A stretch of 64,000 nt of DNA from an uncultured Erysipelotrichaceae bacterium (GTDB taxonomy: Bacteria > Bacillota_I > Bacilli_A > RF39 > UBA660): NCBI GenBank assembly GCA_902779035.1, contig CACZAH010000002.1, positions 16,688 to 80,687 of the forward strand, written 5' to 3'. Below the pieces are notes generated by a model. That model did no database searches. It was not told the DNA's origin and worked only from the letters and a program-made list of their open reading frames with translations. Positions 37,405 through 48,136 of this stretch are shown here, piece after piece. Position numbers and translations under genes: made by a program. The number at the start of each line of letters is the position of its first letter. Position 1 is the first letter of the stretch.

Positions 37405-38055
37405 TTATTTAAATATATTAAATGGATATCTATCAGGCAAGTCTAATATAAATACTTGTTTTTCCTTAGTTATAGGATGATAAAAAGATAATTCTTTAGC
37501 GAACAATGCAATCTGTGATTTATCATTACAATTCTTATTATATTTATGATCACCATATAATGGGTATCCACGAGATGAAAACTGTACTCTAATTTGATGA
37601 GAACGTCCTGTATAAAGATTGATTTTTATCAATGATAAATTGTCAGCGCATTCAATTCTTTCAAAGTATAATTTTGCATCTTTACCATTTTCATCAACAT
37701 TTACAGTATTTGTTTTACTATTCTTTAACAGTTTATCTTTTAACAGTCCTTTTTCAAAAATATTACCTTCTACTACTGCATAATATATCTTTTTAAAATC
37801 ACCATCTTTTATTTGTTTACTTAATCTTGATGCGCATTTACTAGTTTTTGCAAATACCATCACCCCACCTACTGGTCTATCTAATCTATGAACAAGTCCT
37901 AGATACACATTACCCATCTTTTTATACTTATTTTTTACATATTGCTTTAACATAGTAAGTAAATCCACATCTTTACTTGAGTCTGCTTGAACAGGTATAT
38001 TAATAGGCTTATCTACAACTAATAGATGATTATCTTCATATATTACATTAATCAT
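37405..38055 (-). CDS. RluA-family pseudouridine synthase
   Basis: The catalytic motif HRLDRPVGGVMVFAKT. ~215 aa. Confidence 0.85.
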   Translation of the reverse strand: MINVIYEDNHLLVVDKPINIPVQADSSKDVDLLTMLKQYVKNKYKKMGNVYLGLVHRLDRPVGGVMVFAKTSKCASRLSKQIKDGDFKKIYYAVVEGNIFEKGLLKDKLLKNSKTNTVNVDENGKDAKLYFERIECADNLSLIKINLYTGRSHQIRVQFSSRGYPLYGDHKYNKNCNDKSQIALFAKELSFYHPITKEKQVFILDLPDRYPFNIFK

Positions 38056-38920
38056 TAGACTGATACCTACCATATATACCACATGGTAATACTAAATTAT
38101 TGTTAGTTATAGGAAGCCCAATATCTCCTGAATCAACAGCACCATCTGGATACTTCTTTAATATTGTAGTTTTAAGAATGTTTTCAAGCACTATAGCAGA
38201 TACTCCAGTAGTGTATGAATTAATCAAGAAAAATAATGGCTTATCAGATAATATTTCCATACATGATTCAATTAATTTATATATATTATCTTCAAACTTC
38301 CAAACCTCTTTGTTAGGACCTCTACCATAACTAGGAGGATCCATCACAATTGCATCATATTTATTCCCACGGCGTGCTTCTCTTTTTACAAACTTTAGAC
38401 AATCATCTACTATAAATCTTATTGAATTATTCTCTAGATGAGATAATATCATATTTTCCTTAGCCCATTCAGTCATACCTCTAGAAGCATCTACTTGTAC
38501 AACATCTGCGCCTGCTTTAGAACAAGCCATTGTAGCTCCACCAGTATAAGAAAATAAATTCAAAACTTTTATTTTACGATTACTATTCTTAATTTTATCC
38601 ATCATAAAATCCCAATTAACCGCTTGCTCAGGAAACAATCCAGTATGTTTAAATCCTGTCGGACTTACTTTAAATGTTAATCCTTTATAGTCAATAGTCC
38701 AAAACTCATCTAACTTAGAGAAAAACTCCCAATTTCCACCACCAGACTTACTACGGTGATAAAAGCCATCAACATTCTTCCATTTAGAATAATCCTCTGT
38801 ATACCACATAGCTTGTGGATCAGGACGTCTTAATATTACATTTCCCCAACGTTCTAACTTTTCACCATTTCCGGCATCTATACATTCGTAGTCTTTCCAA
38901 TCATTACTAATTCTCATCAA
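38048..38920 (-). CDS. Class I SAM-dependent rRNA (m5C) methyltransferase, RlmI/YwbD-like
   Basis: VLNLFSYTGGATMA (motif I) and AIVMDPPSYGRG (motif IV) are present. Confidence 0.7.
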   Translation of the reverse strand: MMRISNDWKDYECIDAGNGEKLERWGNVILRRPDPQAMWYTEDYSKWKNVDGFYHRSKSGGGNWEFFSKLDEFWTIDYKGLTFKVSPTGFKHTGLFPEQAVNWDFMMDKIKNSNRKIKVLNLFSYTGGATMACSKAGADVVQVDASRGMTEWAKENMILSHLENNSIRFIVDDCLKFVKREARRGNKYDAIVMDPPSYGRGPNKEVWKFEDNIYKLIESCMEILSDKPLFFLINSYTTGVSAIVLENILKTTILKKYPDGAVDSGDIGLPITNNNLVLPCGIYGRYQSND

Positions 38921-38921
38921 A

Positions 38922-39626
38922 TCACTTCCTAATTTCTAATATATTGTCACATATAAAATTATCACAATATTTATTGTACTTTTCTATTTGTTCTTGATTC
39001 TTTACTGTCCATCCAATAATAGGTTTAAATTTTCTAATTTTTTCAATTTGTTTGTTTGGTAATCCCTTGATATTATAACATATAAAGTCTGGATTAGTAA
39101 ATTTATTAAATAACATATATTTATATATACCATTAACTATAAAATTATAATTGTATGAATTAGTTAATAGCTGGCCTCTAATATATAATTCTCTGTGCTT
39201 TTTAAACCAATATACTATAAAAGGGCTAAAACTCTGTATAGCAAAAAAGCCTTTATATTTATCTAATAATTTAACGCATTCTTTTTCTAATTTATTACCT
39301 TTATTATAAGGTTTCAGCTCGATTAGTAATGGAATCTTTCCTGATACTATATTTAAAACACTATCTAGAGTGACAAGTTCGTGACAAATATTCTTTAAAT
39401 ATTTATAATCATGCTTACTTATTATATAAGTTTTATCACCTGATTTTATAAAACTATCATGACAAAGTATAATAACATTATCTTTTGTTAAAGTAACATC
39501 AAATTCAACAGGTAATTTTTTCATAATAGCTAGTTCTATTGAAACTAAACTATTCCCTTTAATATATTTATTATGGATACCTCTATGAGCAATCAGCTTA
39601 TTTAATAATGGTTCTAAATTTTTCAT
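38922..39626 (-). CDS. Glycerophosphodiester phosphodiesterase (GDPD) family protein
   Basis: IAHRGIHN...GNSLVSIELA...VEFDVTLTKDNVIILCHD, the GDPD catalytic His/Glu/Asp pattern. Confidence 0.7.
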   Translation of the reverse strand: MKNLEPLLNKLIAHRGIHNKYIKGNSLVSIELAIMKKLPVEFDVTLTKDNVIILCHDSFIKSGDKTYIISKHDYKYLKNICHELVTLDSVLNIVSGKIPLLIELKPYNKGNKLEKECVKLLDKYKGFFAIQSFSPFIVYWFKKHRELYIRGQLLTNSYNYNFIVNGIYKYMLFNKFTNPDFICYNIKGLPNKQIEKIRKFKPIIGWTVKNQEQIEKYNKYCDNFICDNILEIRK

Positions 39627-39694
39627 ACATCACCATTATATTGTATTATAAAATAAAAACAGTTAGACTAATTACTAACTATTCTTAATATAAA

Positions 39695-40015
39695 CTATTT
39701 TCTTGTATATATAGTATCTGAACCAAATGAATCTTTTACATTTAATTTATTACCATCTATACTATAAGTTGTATCAAATGAAGCAGTATTACCATCATAT
39801 AGAATTGATAACTTATCGCCATCTGTTTCATATGTACATTTCATAAGAGTTCCAGCAGCATCATAACTACAAGTTTTATCAGCATTAAATGTATAAACAT
39901 ATGAACCATGTGCCCATTTTCCTACTATTGTATTTTTCTTTTCTTTTCCACATCCTGTAAGTGCAACTACACAAATGAATAATAGTACAGAAAACATAAC
40001 CATTTTCTTTTTCAT
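39695..40015 (-). CDS. Small lipoprotein, hypothetical
   Basis: Signal peptide with the lipobox VALTGC. 106 aa. Confidence 0.5.
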   Translation of the reverse strand: MKKKMVMFSVLLFICVVALTGCGKEKKNTIVGKWAHGSYVYTFNADKTCSYDAAGTLMKCTYETDGDKLSILYDGNTASFDTTYSIDGNKLNVKDSFGSDTIYTRK

Positions 40016-40058
40016 ACTACCTTTCTCCTTTCTATGATTAATTGTATCATAAAATACA

Positions 40059-40817
40059 TTATTTTAACAATTTTTTTAGAGCATTAGCATTTAATACTGT
40101 ATTAGAAATAAACTTTCCGTTGTAAAAGTTTGCCCAGTTATTAAATACACATGGAGCTTTTTTTGCTTTCTCTAATGTATCAATTTTAACAAAATTTAGC
40201 TTAATATTATTCTCTTTTGCATAATTAGATAATTCCTTAACTTCATATTCGACATAAGGACATTCATTAGAATAATAGATTGTAAAATCATCACTATCAA
40301 TTTCCATTTTTCTAGCACTATCACTAAATTTAGGTGTTTCTAGTGAATCAAATTGAAGTGCAAGCAATTCATAATCATTAATAGTATCTACTACTTTAAA
40401 ATCATAATGTTCAAAAAACTTTTTATCGCCAATAAAAGGTTTCTTTTTTTGAGATACAAGAGTACATATACCACTCATTTTTTTCTTCTTTGCATCAGAA
40501 ATAGCATATTCTAACAACTCTTTACCGATACCCTTTCCTTTAAAACTGCCAGAAACCCACAAGCAATAAATATACATATAGTTCTTACCATCAATTGGTA
40601 CCCAAGAAGTTTCAAGTGGCTCATATTCGATAAAAGTCTTCCCTCTAGCATTTAATTTTCTAAATACATGGCCATCTTTTAATTTACTTTTAATCCATTC
40701 TTTCTTTTTATCAACACCATTCTGATGTTTAGGATCTCCTATTGCACAACAAATATGTTCATTATCAATATTTTCTATACTTAAATTAATATACTCATTC
40801 ATACCATCAAACTCCAA
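40059..40817 (-). CDS. GNAT-family N-acetyltransferase (YoaP-like)
   Basis: The acetyl-CoA-binding pattern VSGSFKGKGIGKELL and the overall YoaP-like layout. Confidence 0.55.
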   Translation of the reverse strand: MEFDGMNEYINLSIENIDNEHICCAIGDPKHQNGVDKKKEWIKSKLKDGHVFRKLNARGKTFIEYEPLETSWVPIDGKNYMYIYCLWVSGSFKGKGIGKELLEYAISDAKKKKMSGICTLVSQKKKPFIGDKKFFEHYDFKVVDTINDYELLALQFDSLETPKFSDSARKMEIDSDDFTIYYSNECPYVEYEVKELSNYAKENNIKLNFVKIDTLEKAKKAPCVFNNWANFYNGKFISNTVLNANALKKLLK

Positions 40818-40905
40818 TCTTTCTACAAATATTATATCATAGGAAATAAGTTAGTACATATTTTAGTATCAAAAAAGCCTGTAAATACAGACTTTCATAT
40901 ACATA

Positions 40906-41316
40906 CTAACGTTTACTAAATTGTGGAGCACGTCTTGCACCTTTTAAACCAGGTTTCTTACGTTCTTTACTTCTTGGATCTCTTGTTACAAAACCAGCTC
41001 TCTTTAATGTTTTTCTGTAGCTATCTTCATTTGCTTCATTAGCTTTATCATATTCAATTAAGCAACGTGTAATTCCTAATCTAATTGCACCAGTTTGACC
41101 ACTAGCACCACCACCAGTTACTTTAATTTCAATATCAAATGTCTTTTCATTATTTGTTGCAACTAAAGGTTGCATTAAATCCATTACATTAGTTTCATGT
41201 GGCATGAATTCTTTTACATCTCTACCATTAACTGTAATCTTTCCACTACCTGCAGTCATTTTAACTTGAGCAACTGCAGATTTTCTTCTACCTGTAGCAG
41301 TAAATACTTTTGCCAT
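40906..41316 (-). CDS. rpsI: 30S ribosomal protein S9
   Basis: ...[19 protein letters not shown]...PQFSKR, the canonical S9 C-terminus. Confidence 0.95.
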   Translation of the reverse strand: MAKVFTATGRRKSAVAQVKMTAGSGKITVNGRDVKEFMPHETNVMDLMQPLVATNNEKTFDIEIKVTGGGASGQTGAIRLGITRCLIEYDKANEANEDSYRKTLKRAGFVTRDPRSKERKKPGLKGARRAPQFSKR

Positions 41317-41325
41317 ATTTCCTCC

Positions 41326-41760
41326 TTATTTAACTTCCATTTTAGCAGGTTTTTGAGCCATATGTGGATGGCTCTCCTCTGCATATACAAATAATTTCTT
41401 TGACATTTGACGACCAAGTCTATTATGAGGAAGCATTCCTTTAATAGCTCTTTCTACCATTTCTACTGGATATTTTTCTTTCATTTCACGAGCAGTTCTT
41501 TCACGAAGGCCACCAGTATATCCACTATGATTATAATAAATCTTTCCATCTAACTTATTTCCAGTCAAATTAACCTTTGAAGCATTAACTACGATAACAA
41601 AATCTCCACAATCGATATGCGGTGTGTAAGTTGGTTTATGTTTTCCACGAAGAACAGTTGCAACTTTAGCAGCTAAACGTCCTAAAGATACACCATCTGC
41701 ATCAATTACATACCAATTACGCACTACATCTTCTTTTCTTTGCATAAATGTATTTTTCAT
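41326..41760 (-). CDS. rplM: 50S ribosomal protein L13
   Basis: [33 protein letters not shown] is the L13 signature. Confidence 0.95.
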   Translation of the reverse strand: MKNTFMQRKEDVVRNWYVIDADGVSLGRLAAKVATVLRGKHKPTYTPHIDCGDFVIVVNASKVNLTGNKLDGKIYYNHSGYTGGLRERTAREMKEKYPVEMVERAIKGMLPHNRLGRQMSKKLFVYAEESHPHMAQKPAKMEVK

Positions 41761-41919
41761 AATATTTTCCTTTCTCCATTACTTTAATAAGTCTTCCCAC
41801 AACTCATTAAACTGGGAATTAAATGTACCAATTAAGATAATACTAAAAATATCCCCAAATGTCAATGATTTTTATACTCTTTTTTACCAATTTGGTAAGT
41901 TTTAATTAAAAAAGAACAA

Positions 41920-42375
41920 CTATTCATTATTATAGTTATCCTTTTCTACTTTTACTACTTTTCTTTTTTCTTCTAACATATATTCGCTAACTCTATTTTG
42001 TATTTCCGCAAGCGCACGCTTATCAATATTATTAATAATTACTTGCTCTTTAATTGTATCTATAAATACCTTTCCCCAAATAATTCCTGATTGTACCGAT
42101 AAATCATTAAACATCTCTGGAGTAACTGAAATAAAGTAATATCCAAACAGTAACCTTTTTTCTGCAACTAATATTCTCTTATTAGTTAAGGCAACTAAGT
42201 ATGTTGAGAACATATCCCATATAAAAGGACTTTTTTGACCAGCAAACACATATAATATTGCTTCATCAGAAGATAAATGCTTTTTAATAACCTTACTATG
42301 ACTATTAAGTCTCCAAGCAACAGTCATAGGATATCTTTTTTTAAATTCTTTAGCCTGCTCACATATATAATTCAT
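41920..42375 (-). CDS. Hypothetical protein (possible bacterial PH-like domain)
   Basis: An ORF with a plausible start. Only a weak pattern. Confidence 0.3.
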   Translation of the reverse strand: MNYICEQAKEFKKRYPMTVAWRLNSHSKVIKKHLSSDEAILYVFAGQKSPFIWDMFSTYLVALTNKRILVAEKRLLFGYYFISVTPEMFNDLSVQSGIIWGKVFIDTIKEQVIINNIDKRALAEIQNRVSEYMLEEKRKVVKVEKDNYNNE

Positions 42376-42383
42376 ATTATCTC

Positions 42384-43223
42384 CTATTCAGTAATTACAC
42401 CATACTTCTTAAATTCACGTGTAAAGTAACTTGGTGGATTTTCACCTTCAACCGCACCTTCTAAATGATTATTTTTTGTAATAAGTGTAAGTGGAGTACC
42501 TAGATTATCAGCATCACTATAACCAATTGATTTTAAATTTTCAATTAATTCAGATTGTTCATCTTGACTCATTTCAGTTAAATTTAAATAATTTATAGTA
42601 ATATTGTTATTACCTGCAACTCTATTTAATACAGGTTTAACTGCTATACAGTGACTACATGTAGTTTGACCTATAACAATAACATTTAATGCATCTTCAT
42701 TAACTAATTCTTTATATCTATTAAAATCAATAAATGTTAAATTTTCTTCTGGTTTATATGTTGCAGCTTCATCTAATATTTTATTTTTCTTTAAGAATTC
42801 TACTGTATCTTTACCATCCATATATCCTACATTAACATCAACTACATCATCATCTTTAACTACTGCAATTGTTGGAGTAGAACCTTCAATATCTAGCACT
42901 TTAAGAATTTCTTTTTGATCATCTTTAGATAATTTAGAAGCATCTACATATAAATAATCAATCTTATAATCTTCTTTAATTTGTTTCATAATTGGTGTTT
43001 GAAGTGAACAATAACTACAAGTAGAACTTCCATAATAAATTACTGTCTCATCATCACTACCCATATATTTATAAAAACTATCAAGTATCTCACCTGAATC
43101 TTTTCCCTTTGTAGTAACCTTTTTATCTTTTGTAACAACCATACCTACTATAAGCGCAATCACTGCAATAACCGATACTGCAAGCATTGCAATTGTCTGT
43201 GTATTAAACATCTTCTTTTCCAT
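42384..43223 (-). CDS. Membrane-anchored protein with two tandem thioredoxin-fold domains (CSYC and CSHC active sites); thiol-disulfide oxidoreductase
   Basis: An N-terminal TM. Two CxxC motifs (SSTCSYCSL, QTTCSHCIA), each within a thioredoxin-like ~110-aa unit. Confidence 0.65.
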   Translation of the reverse strand: MEKKMFNTQTIAMLAVSVIAVIALIVGMVVTKDKKVTTKGKDSGEILDSFYKYMGSDDETVIYYGSSTCSYCSLQTPIMKQIKEDYKIDYLYVDASKLSKDDQKEILKVLDIEGSTPTIAVVKDDDVVDVNVGYMDGKDTVEFLKKNKILDEAATYKPEENLTFIDFNRYKELVNEDALNVIVIGQTTCSHCIAVKPVLNRVAGNNNITINYLNLTEMSQDEQSELIENLKSIGYSDADNLGTPLTLITKNNHLEGAVEGENPPSYFTREFKKYGVITE

Positions 43224-43342
43224 AATAATCCTTCTTTCTAAACAATTTAATTATAAACTATTTGAGTATTTTTTGCAAACATTTACTATGCTTTTTCAAT
43301 AATTATTCACATAAAATAAAACCGAATACATAAATATCCGAT

Positions 43343-43495
43343 TTATTTTTCTTTCTTTTCTTCTATTTTTGTAACTTTAGTTTTTTCTTCTTTAGTATTT
43401 TTCTTTTTATTTTTAGCATATAAAATACCGGCAGCAGTTGCACCCGCAGCTAAAGCACTTCCAACACCAATTGCAATTTTTGTACCTTTCTTCAT
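43343..43495 (-). CDS. Small (50-aa) glycine-zipper membrane protein with a Lys/Glu-rich tail. It falls below the ORF-track threshold
   Basis: The start ATG at 43495 has a GGAGGAT RBS. The translation is MKKGTKIAIGVGSALAAGATAAGILYAKNKKKNTKEEKTKVTKIEEKKEK. Confidence 0.4.
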   Translation of the reverse strand: MKKGTKIAIGVGSALAAGATAAGILYAKNKKKNTKEEKTKVTKIEEKKEK

Positions 43496-43571
43496 ACATC
43501 CTCCTATCTTAAGATACCTTTTGTATCTATCACAATTATAGCATCAGTTATATGTCTTATCAATATATATT

Positions 43572-44846
43572 TTAAATTTCACCTTTATATTTATATAATT
43601 TTTTTACAATTTGACAATACTTTACATCTGATAAATCCACATTCTTCTTTTCTGCAATATATTTTGTTAAATACATACTTTGTATAAGCATTTGATGATC
43701 ATCTAATATTTGATCTTCATATTTTGAATCTATAGTAATAATTCTACTATAATATTTTTTTAATTCTTCTAACATCATTCTATCAAATTCAGTATTTCTA
43801 TTATAATAAATCGCTATAGCATTATAATTAATACCAAGTGTGCTTCTACCATGACAATAAGAATATTTATCATGAACTATAGGTATTCCTATTCCTGATT
43901 CAACCATAGTTGATTCTAAATATTTTGATGCTGTACTTGTATCATAACCACTAAATATTTCATAGACATCACTTCCTAAATCAAAATCAAATGGTACTTC
44001 TTCTATACAATCTAACATTAGACTATTTTGTCTATTTAAATAATAACTCATTAATATACTCACAGGAATTAATGTTGCACCAAGTGATATAAAACTTTTT
44101 TCTTTATCAATAGTAGTGTTATATTTTAAGTAAGTTACATCATTATCATCAAATGAATTGTTAGAAAGTAAGTATTTTCTCAAACCTTTTAAAAATGATA
44201 ATTCTACTCCATAATTGTTTCCACTATAACTACATGCTACTACATTTTTAAATGCACCATTGTTTCGGTATAAAAAATCTCTTGGCTCACTATTTACTGA
44301 AACTATACCATTTTTAGTATTAATGACTTTGGCACCAAATTCACTAACTACACTTGATCCCCCAACACCACTAAATAATGTTGGTTCATTTAGTTTAGAC
44401 AATTCATTCCTAATAAAATCTAAATCAGTATTATTTAGTGAATCAACCACCCTTTCTTTTAGAAGTTCAAAATTAACTTGCATATTTTTTTGATACATTT
44501 TTTTAAACTGATTATAATCTATTACTGGTGTTTCAGTATTTTCGCTGCCAATTTTACAACAGTAACAGTCGCCATTATCAAAAATCTCATATAATTTTTC
44601 ATTATATTTTAACACATAACAAAATGTATTTTTAAATGTTATCCCATTTTTAAATCCATATTTATTAATTTCATCAAACAATGTTGATAAACAGTCAATG
44701 AAGACAATATCTTTTTCTTTCAAAACCCCTCTACTATTATGAGCAAAGTAGCAATCATCGAATTCACCATATTGATTCACAAAACTATCCAACCAATCTA
44801 TATACTCATCATTTAAAATTAATTTTACAAATTCTTTCTTTTCCAT
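43572..44846 (-). CDS. Hypothetical cytoplasmic Cys-rich 424-aa protein of unknown function, downstream of the WYL regulator
   Basis: An intact ORF with no confident family. Motifs FDDCYFAH, DCLSTLF, CYCCKIG, FSGVGGSSVVSEFGAKVI and HDKYSYCHGRSTLG. Confidence 0.4.
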   Translation of the reverse strand: MEKKEFVKLILNDEYIDWLDSFVNQYGEFDDCYFAHNSRGVLKEKDIVFIDCLSTLFDEINKYGFKNGITFKNTFCYVLKYNEKLYEIFDNGDCYCCKIGSENTETPVIDYNQFKKMYQKNMQVNFELLKERVVDSLNNTDLDFIRNELSKLNEPTLFSGVGGSSVVSEFGAKVINTKNGIVSVNSEPRDFLYRNNGAFKNVVACSYSGNNYGVELSFLKGLRKYLLSNNSFDDNDVTYLKYNTTIDKEKSFISLGATLIPVSILMSYYLNRQNSLMLDCIEEVPFDFDLGSDVYEIFSGYDTSTASKYLESTMVESGIGIPIVHDKYSYCHGRSTLGINYNAIAIYYNRNTEFDRMMLEELKKYYSRIITIDSKYEDQILDDHQMLIQSMYLTKYIAEKKNVDLSDVKYCQIVKKLYKYKGEI

Positions 44847-44897
44847 AAAAAATCTCCTTTCAAGTTAACTATAACTCAAAAGGAGGTAATATTTCGT

Positions 44898-45500
44898 CTA
44901 CTCATATTTTTCATTTAATAATTCGTATTTTATTATTCTTTTTAACTCAAAATGCCTAATATCTTGTTTCTTTTCACAAAAGGCTGCACAGTACCAACCA
45001 TCTTGAAATAAAAACATTTCTGCTGGATCTATTACTCTTTCGTTTTCACCTTTACCATAAGAGTAATATAATATTTTAACTTTCCTCTTTTCTTTTATTG
45101 CTCTTGTTAATAAATTATACTTCTTTCCATTTTCATCTTTTAAATTTAATTCTTTTTCTTCTTGCTTACTTCCTATGTATACGCCTTTAATTTTATCTTG
45201 AAGTAATATAAGTTCATCTTTTATGTCCTTATCTTTTTCACTTGCTATGTACTTATCTAATAATTTAGCATCTTTCATTTTAAATTTTCTAACAGGCATG
45301 CGAACTGATTGATTTAATACATATCCTCCATATGGTCCCATTATTGTATCAATATATATTCCTGCTTTTTCCAAATCTTCTTTATATACTCTAATCATTC
45401 TATAAGTTACTTCAAGTTTGTTTGATAATTCACTTATGCTATATTTTCTTCCAGACTGTAATAGTTGCAACATTGTTAATACATTGGATATTTTAGACAT
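44898..45500 (-). CDS. HTH + WYL-domain transcriptional regulator (YafY/CapW-like, short form)
   Basis: The N-terminal HTH_11-like segment MLQLLQSGRKYSISELSNKLEVTYRMIRVYKEDLEKAG. The C-terminal WYL-like region KVKILYYSYGKGENERVIDPAEMFLFQDGWYCAAFC...IRHFELKRI. Start at an ATG with an AGGTGG RBS. Confidence 0.55.
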   Translation of the reverse strand: MSKISNVLTMLQLLQSGRKYSISELSNKLEVTYRMIRVYKEDLEKAGIYIDTIMGPYGGYVLNQSVRMPVRKFKMKDAKLLDKYIASEKDKDIKDELILLQDKIKGVYIGSKQEEKELNLKDENGKKYNLLTRAIKEKRKVKILYYSYGKGENERVIDPAEMFLFQDGWYCAAFCEKKQDIRHFELKRIIKYELLNEKYE

Positions 45501-45582
45501 AAAACCACCTATATAAATTATATCATATCTTTTATCTTTCAAAAATATCCATGAAAAGGTATCTAAAGTGCGTTATAACATA

Positions 45583-45650
45583 TAAACTCGCAATTTTTTA
45601 GCAAAGAAAAAACTCACGTTTTCCCTTATTTTTTCGGGGTTTGCGAGTTT
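45583..45650 (-). terminator. secA intrinsic terminator: AAACUCGC...GUGAGUUU stem (one G.U) enclosing an inner CCC/GGG hairpin, followed by UUUUUUCUUU
   Basis: Folded by eye on the minus-strand transcript immediately after the secA stop. Confidence 0.45.
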
Positions 45651-48105
45651 ATTTACCACAACACTGCTTATATTTCTTTCCCGATCCACATGGACAAGGC
45701 TCATTTCTACCTACTTTTTTAACTCTTTTAGGTGCTTTTTTCTTAGTTTCTTTACCATCATTAGCAACACCTTTCTCTACTTCTTTTCTCTCTGTATTCT
45801 GTCTTATTTCAGCCTTTAGAAGATATGTAGTAGTCTGGGCATCAATCTTCATAAGTAGTTTTTCAAATAGTTCATATCCTTCATTTTTATATTCACGAAG
45901 TGGATCATTTTGTGCATAACCCCTTAAATGAATTCCTTCTCTTAAATGTGACATTGTATTAATATGTTCCATCCAGTGTGTATCTATTACTCTTAAAGTA
46001 ATTGCTTTTTCAAATTCATCTTTTATCTCATCAGGTACTTTAGCTATCTTTTCTTCATATTCTAATTTCATTTTATTAAATATGTAATCAGCCATAGTAT
46101 CTTCATCCATATTAGATATCTCATCAATAGTAATAGAATCCTTTAATAAGTCATTAATTCCTTCTAGCATCTCTGATAAATCATTTCTATTAGGACTATC
46201 TGATGATAAATGAGATTCTATTGAATCATATACAAAATTCTTCATGGATTCTAATACATCTTCATGGATAGATTCTTTTTCTAGAATATCATTTCTCTTT
46301 TTATAAATAATAGTTCTTTGTTCATTTAATACATTATCATATTCAAGTAATGTTTTTCTTATGTCAAAGTTATTACCCTCAACTCTTTTTTGGGCAGATT
46401 CAAGAGAACCTGATAACATCTTATTTCTAATAGACATATCATCATTAAAACCAACTCTTTGAAGTAGTAATTTGGCTCTATCAGTACCAAATCTAACCAT
46501 TAAATCATCTTCAAATGATACACAGAATTGACTAAAACCTGGATCTCCTTGACGACCTGAACGTCCACGTAACTGATTATCAATACGACGTGATTCATGA
46601 CGTTCTGTACCAATTACACATAATCCGCCTAACTCTTTTACTTCATCAGTAAGTTTAATATCTGTTCCACGTCCAGCCATATTTGTTGCGATAGTTACCG
46701 CACCTTTTTCACCCGCTTTAGCAATTATTTCAGCTTCACGAGCATTATTTTTGGCATTTAATACCTCATGAGGTATATGTTCTTTTTTTAATCTCTCACT
46801 TAATAATTCACTAGTTTCAACCGCAACAGTACCAACTAAAACTGGTTGCCCTATAGCATATCTTTCTTTTATTTCATTAATTATTGCTTTATATTTACCT
46901 TCTTTAGTAGCAAATAATAAATCACCATAATCTTTTCTAGCTATAGGTTTATTTGTAGGAATAGTAATAACATACATATTATATATTTCTCTAAATTCCT
47001 CTTCTTCTGTTTTAGCAGTACCAGTCATACCTGATAACTTTTTATACATTCTAAATAAATTCTGGAATGTTATGGTTGCAAGGGTTTTAGTTTCTTCATT
47101 AATTGTAACTCCTTCTTTAGCCTCTATTGCTTGATGAAGGCCATCAGAATAATTACGCCCCTTCATAAGACGTCCTGTAAATGGATCTACTATAACTATT
47201 GAATCTTCACTAACAACATAATCTACATCTCTTTTCATACCATAGTTAGCCTTTAAAGCCTGATTAATAAAGTGAACTAAAGTTGTATGATTAATGTCAT
47301 ATAAGTTATCTAATTTAAAAGATTTTTCTGCTTTTTCAATACCTTCCTTATCCAATGCAACTGATTTAGTTTTCTCATCATAGATAAATCCAGCATTTTC
47401 TTTTAATTTTTTTACAAATCTATCTGTTTCTATATATAGATTAGCAGATTTCATTGTTCCACCAGAAATAATAAGTGGAGTTCTAGCCTCATCTATCAAT
47501 ACTGAGTCCACTTCATCTATAATTGCAAAGTTAAGTGGTCTTTGAACTCTATCTTGTGCTTTAATAACCATATTATCTCTTAAGTAGTCAAATCCAATTT
47601 CATTATTTGTTGAGTATAGAATGTCACAATTATATGCTTCCTTCTTTTCAGCAGGTGACATATCACGATAATTAATACCTACAGTAAGTCCTAAATATCT
47701 ATATATTTCTCCCATCCATTCAGCATCACGTCCAGCTAAGTATTCATTTACTGTAATAATATGTACTCCATCACCTGATAATGCATTTAAATAAGCAGGT
47801 AGGGTAGATGTTAATGTTTTACCTTCTCCTGTTTTCATCTCAGCAATATTTCCATAATGAATTGCAAGTCCACCTACTAACTGTACAAAGAATGGTTTTT
47901 CACCCAATACTCTGTATGCAGCCTCTCTAACAGTTGCAAATGCTTCTACTTTAATGTCTTCTAATGTTTCTCCATTTGCTAGTCTTTCTCTAAATTCAAC
48001 TGTTTTATGCTTTAAATCATCTTCTGATAAAGCAGAATATTCTTCATCTAATGCATCTATTTCTTTAGCAATTTTCTTAAATTTCAAATATTTTCCAAAA
48101 ATCAT
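45649..48105 (-). CDS. secA: Preprotein translocase ATPase SecA
   Basis: 818 aa. The DEAD-like motor, the helical scaffold and the C-terminal zinc-binding [15 protein letters not shown]. Confidence 0.95.
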   Translation of the reverse strand: MIFGKYLKFKKIAKEIDALDEEYSALSEDDLKHKTVEFRERLANGETLEDIKVEAFATVREAAYRVLGEKPFFVQLVGGLAIHYGNIAEMKTGEGKTLTSTLPAYLNALSGDGVHIITVNEYLAGRDAEWMGEIYRYLGLTVGINYRDMSPAEKKEAYNCDILYSTNNEIGFDYLRDNMVIKAQDRVQRPLNFAIIDEVDSVLIDEARTPLIISGGTMKSANLYIETDRFVKKLKENAGFIYDEKTKSVALDKEGIEKAEKSFKLDNLYDINHTTLVHFINQALKANYGMKRDVDYVVSEDSIVIVDPFTGRLMKGRNYSDGLHQAIEAKEGVTINEETKTLATITFQNLFRMYKKLSGMTGTAKTEEEEFREIYNMYVITIPTNKPIARKDYGDLLFATKEGKYKAIINEIKERYAIGQPVLVGTVAVETSELLSERLKKEHIPHEVLNAKNNAREAEIIAKAGEKGAVTIATNMAGRGTDIKLTDEVKELGGLCVIGTERHESRRIDNQLRGRSGRQGDPGFSQFCVSFEDDLMVRFGTDRAKLLLQRVGFNDDMSIRNKMLSGSLESAQKRVEGNNFDIRKTLLEYDNVLNEQRTIIYKKRNDILEKESIHEDVLESMKNFVYDSIESHLSSDSPNRNDLSEMLEGINDLLKDSITIDEISNMDEDTMADYIFNKMKLEYEEKIAKVPDEIKDEFEKAITLRVIDTHWMEHINTMSHLREGIHLRGYAQNDPLREYKNEGYELFEKLLMKIDAQTTTYLLKAEIRQNTERKEVEKGVANDGKETKKKAPKRVKKVGRNEPCPCGSGKKYKQCCGK

Positions 48106-48136
48106 AGTTTAACCGTAAAAAAAGACTCAAAAGAGT

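Noticed and set aside
45583-45650. Riboswitch- or attenuator-like alternative pairing (AAACTCGCAA / AAAACTCACG / TTGCGAGTTT) downstream of secA
   Set aside because: The three-segment complementarity is most simply a terminator with a long structured loop on the secA transcript. There is no upstream gene on that strand to attenuate.
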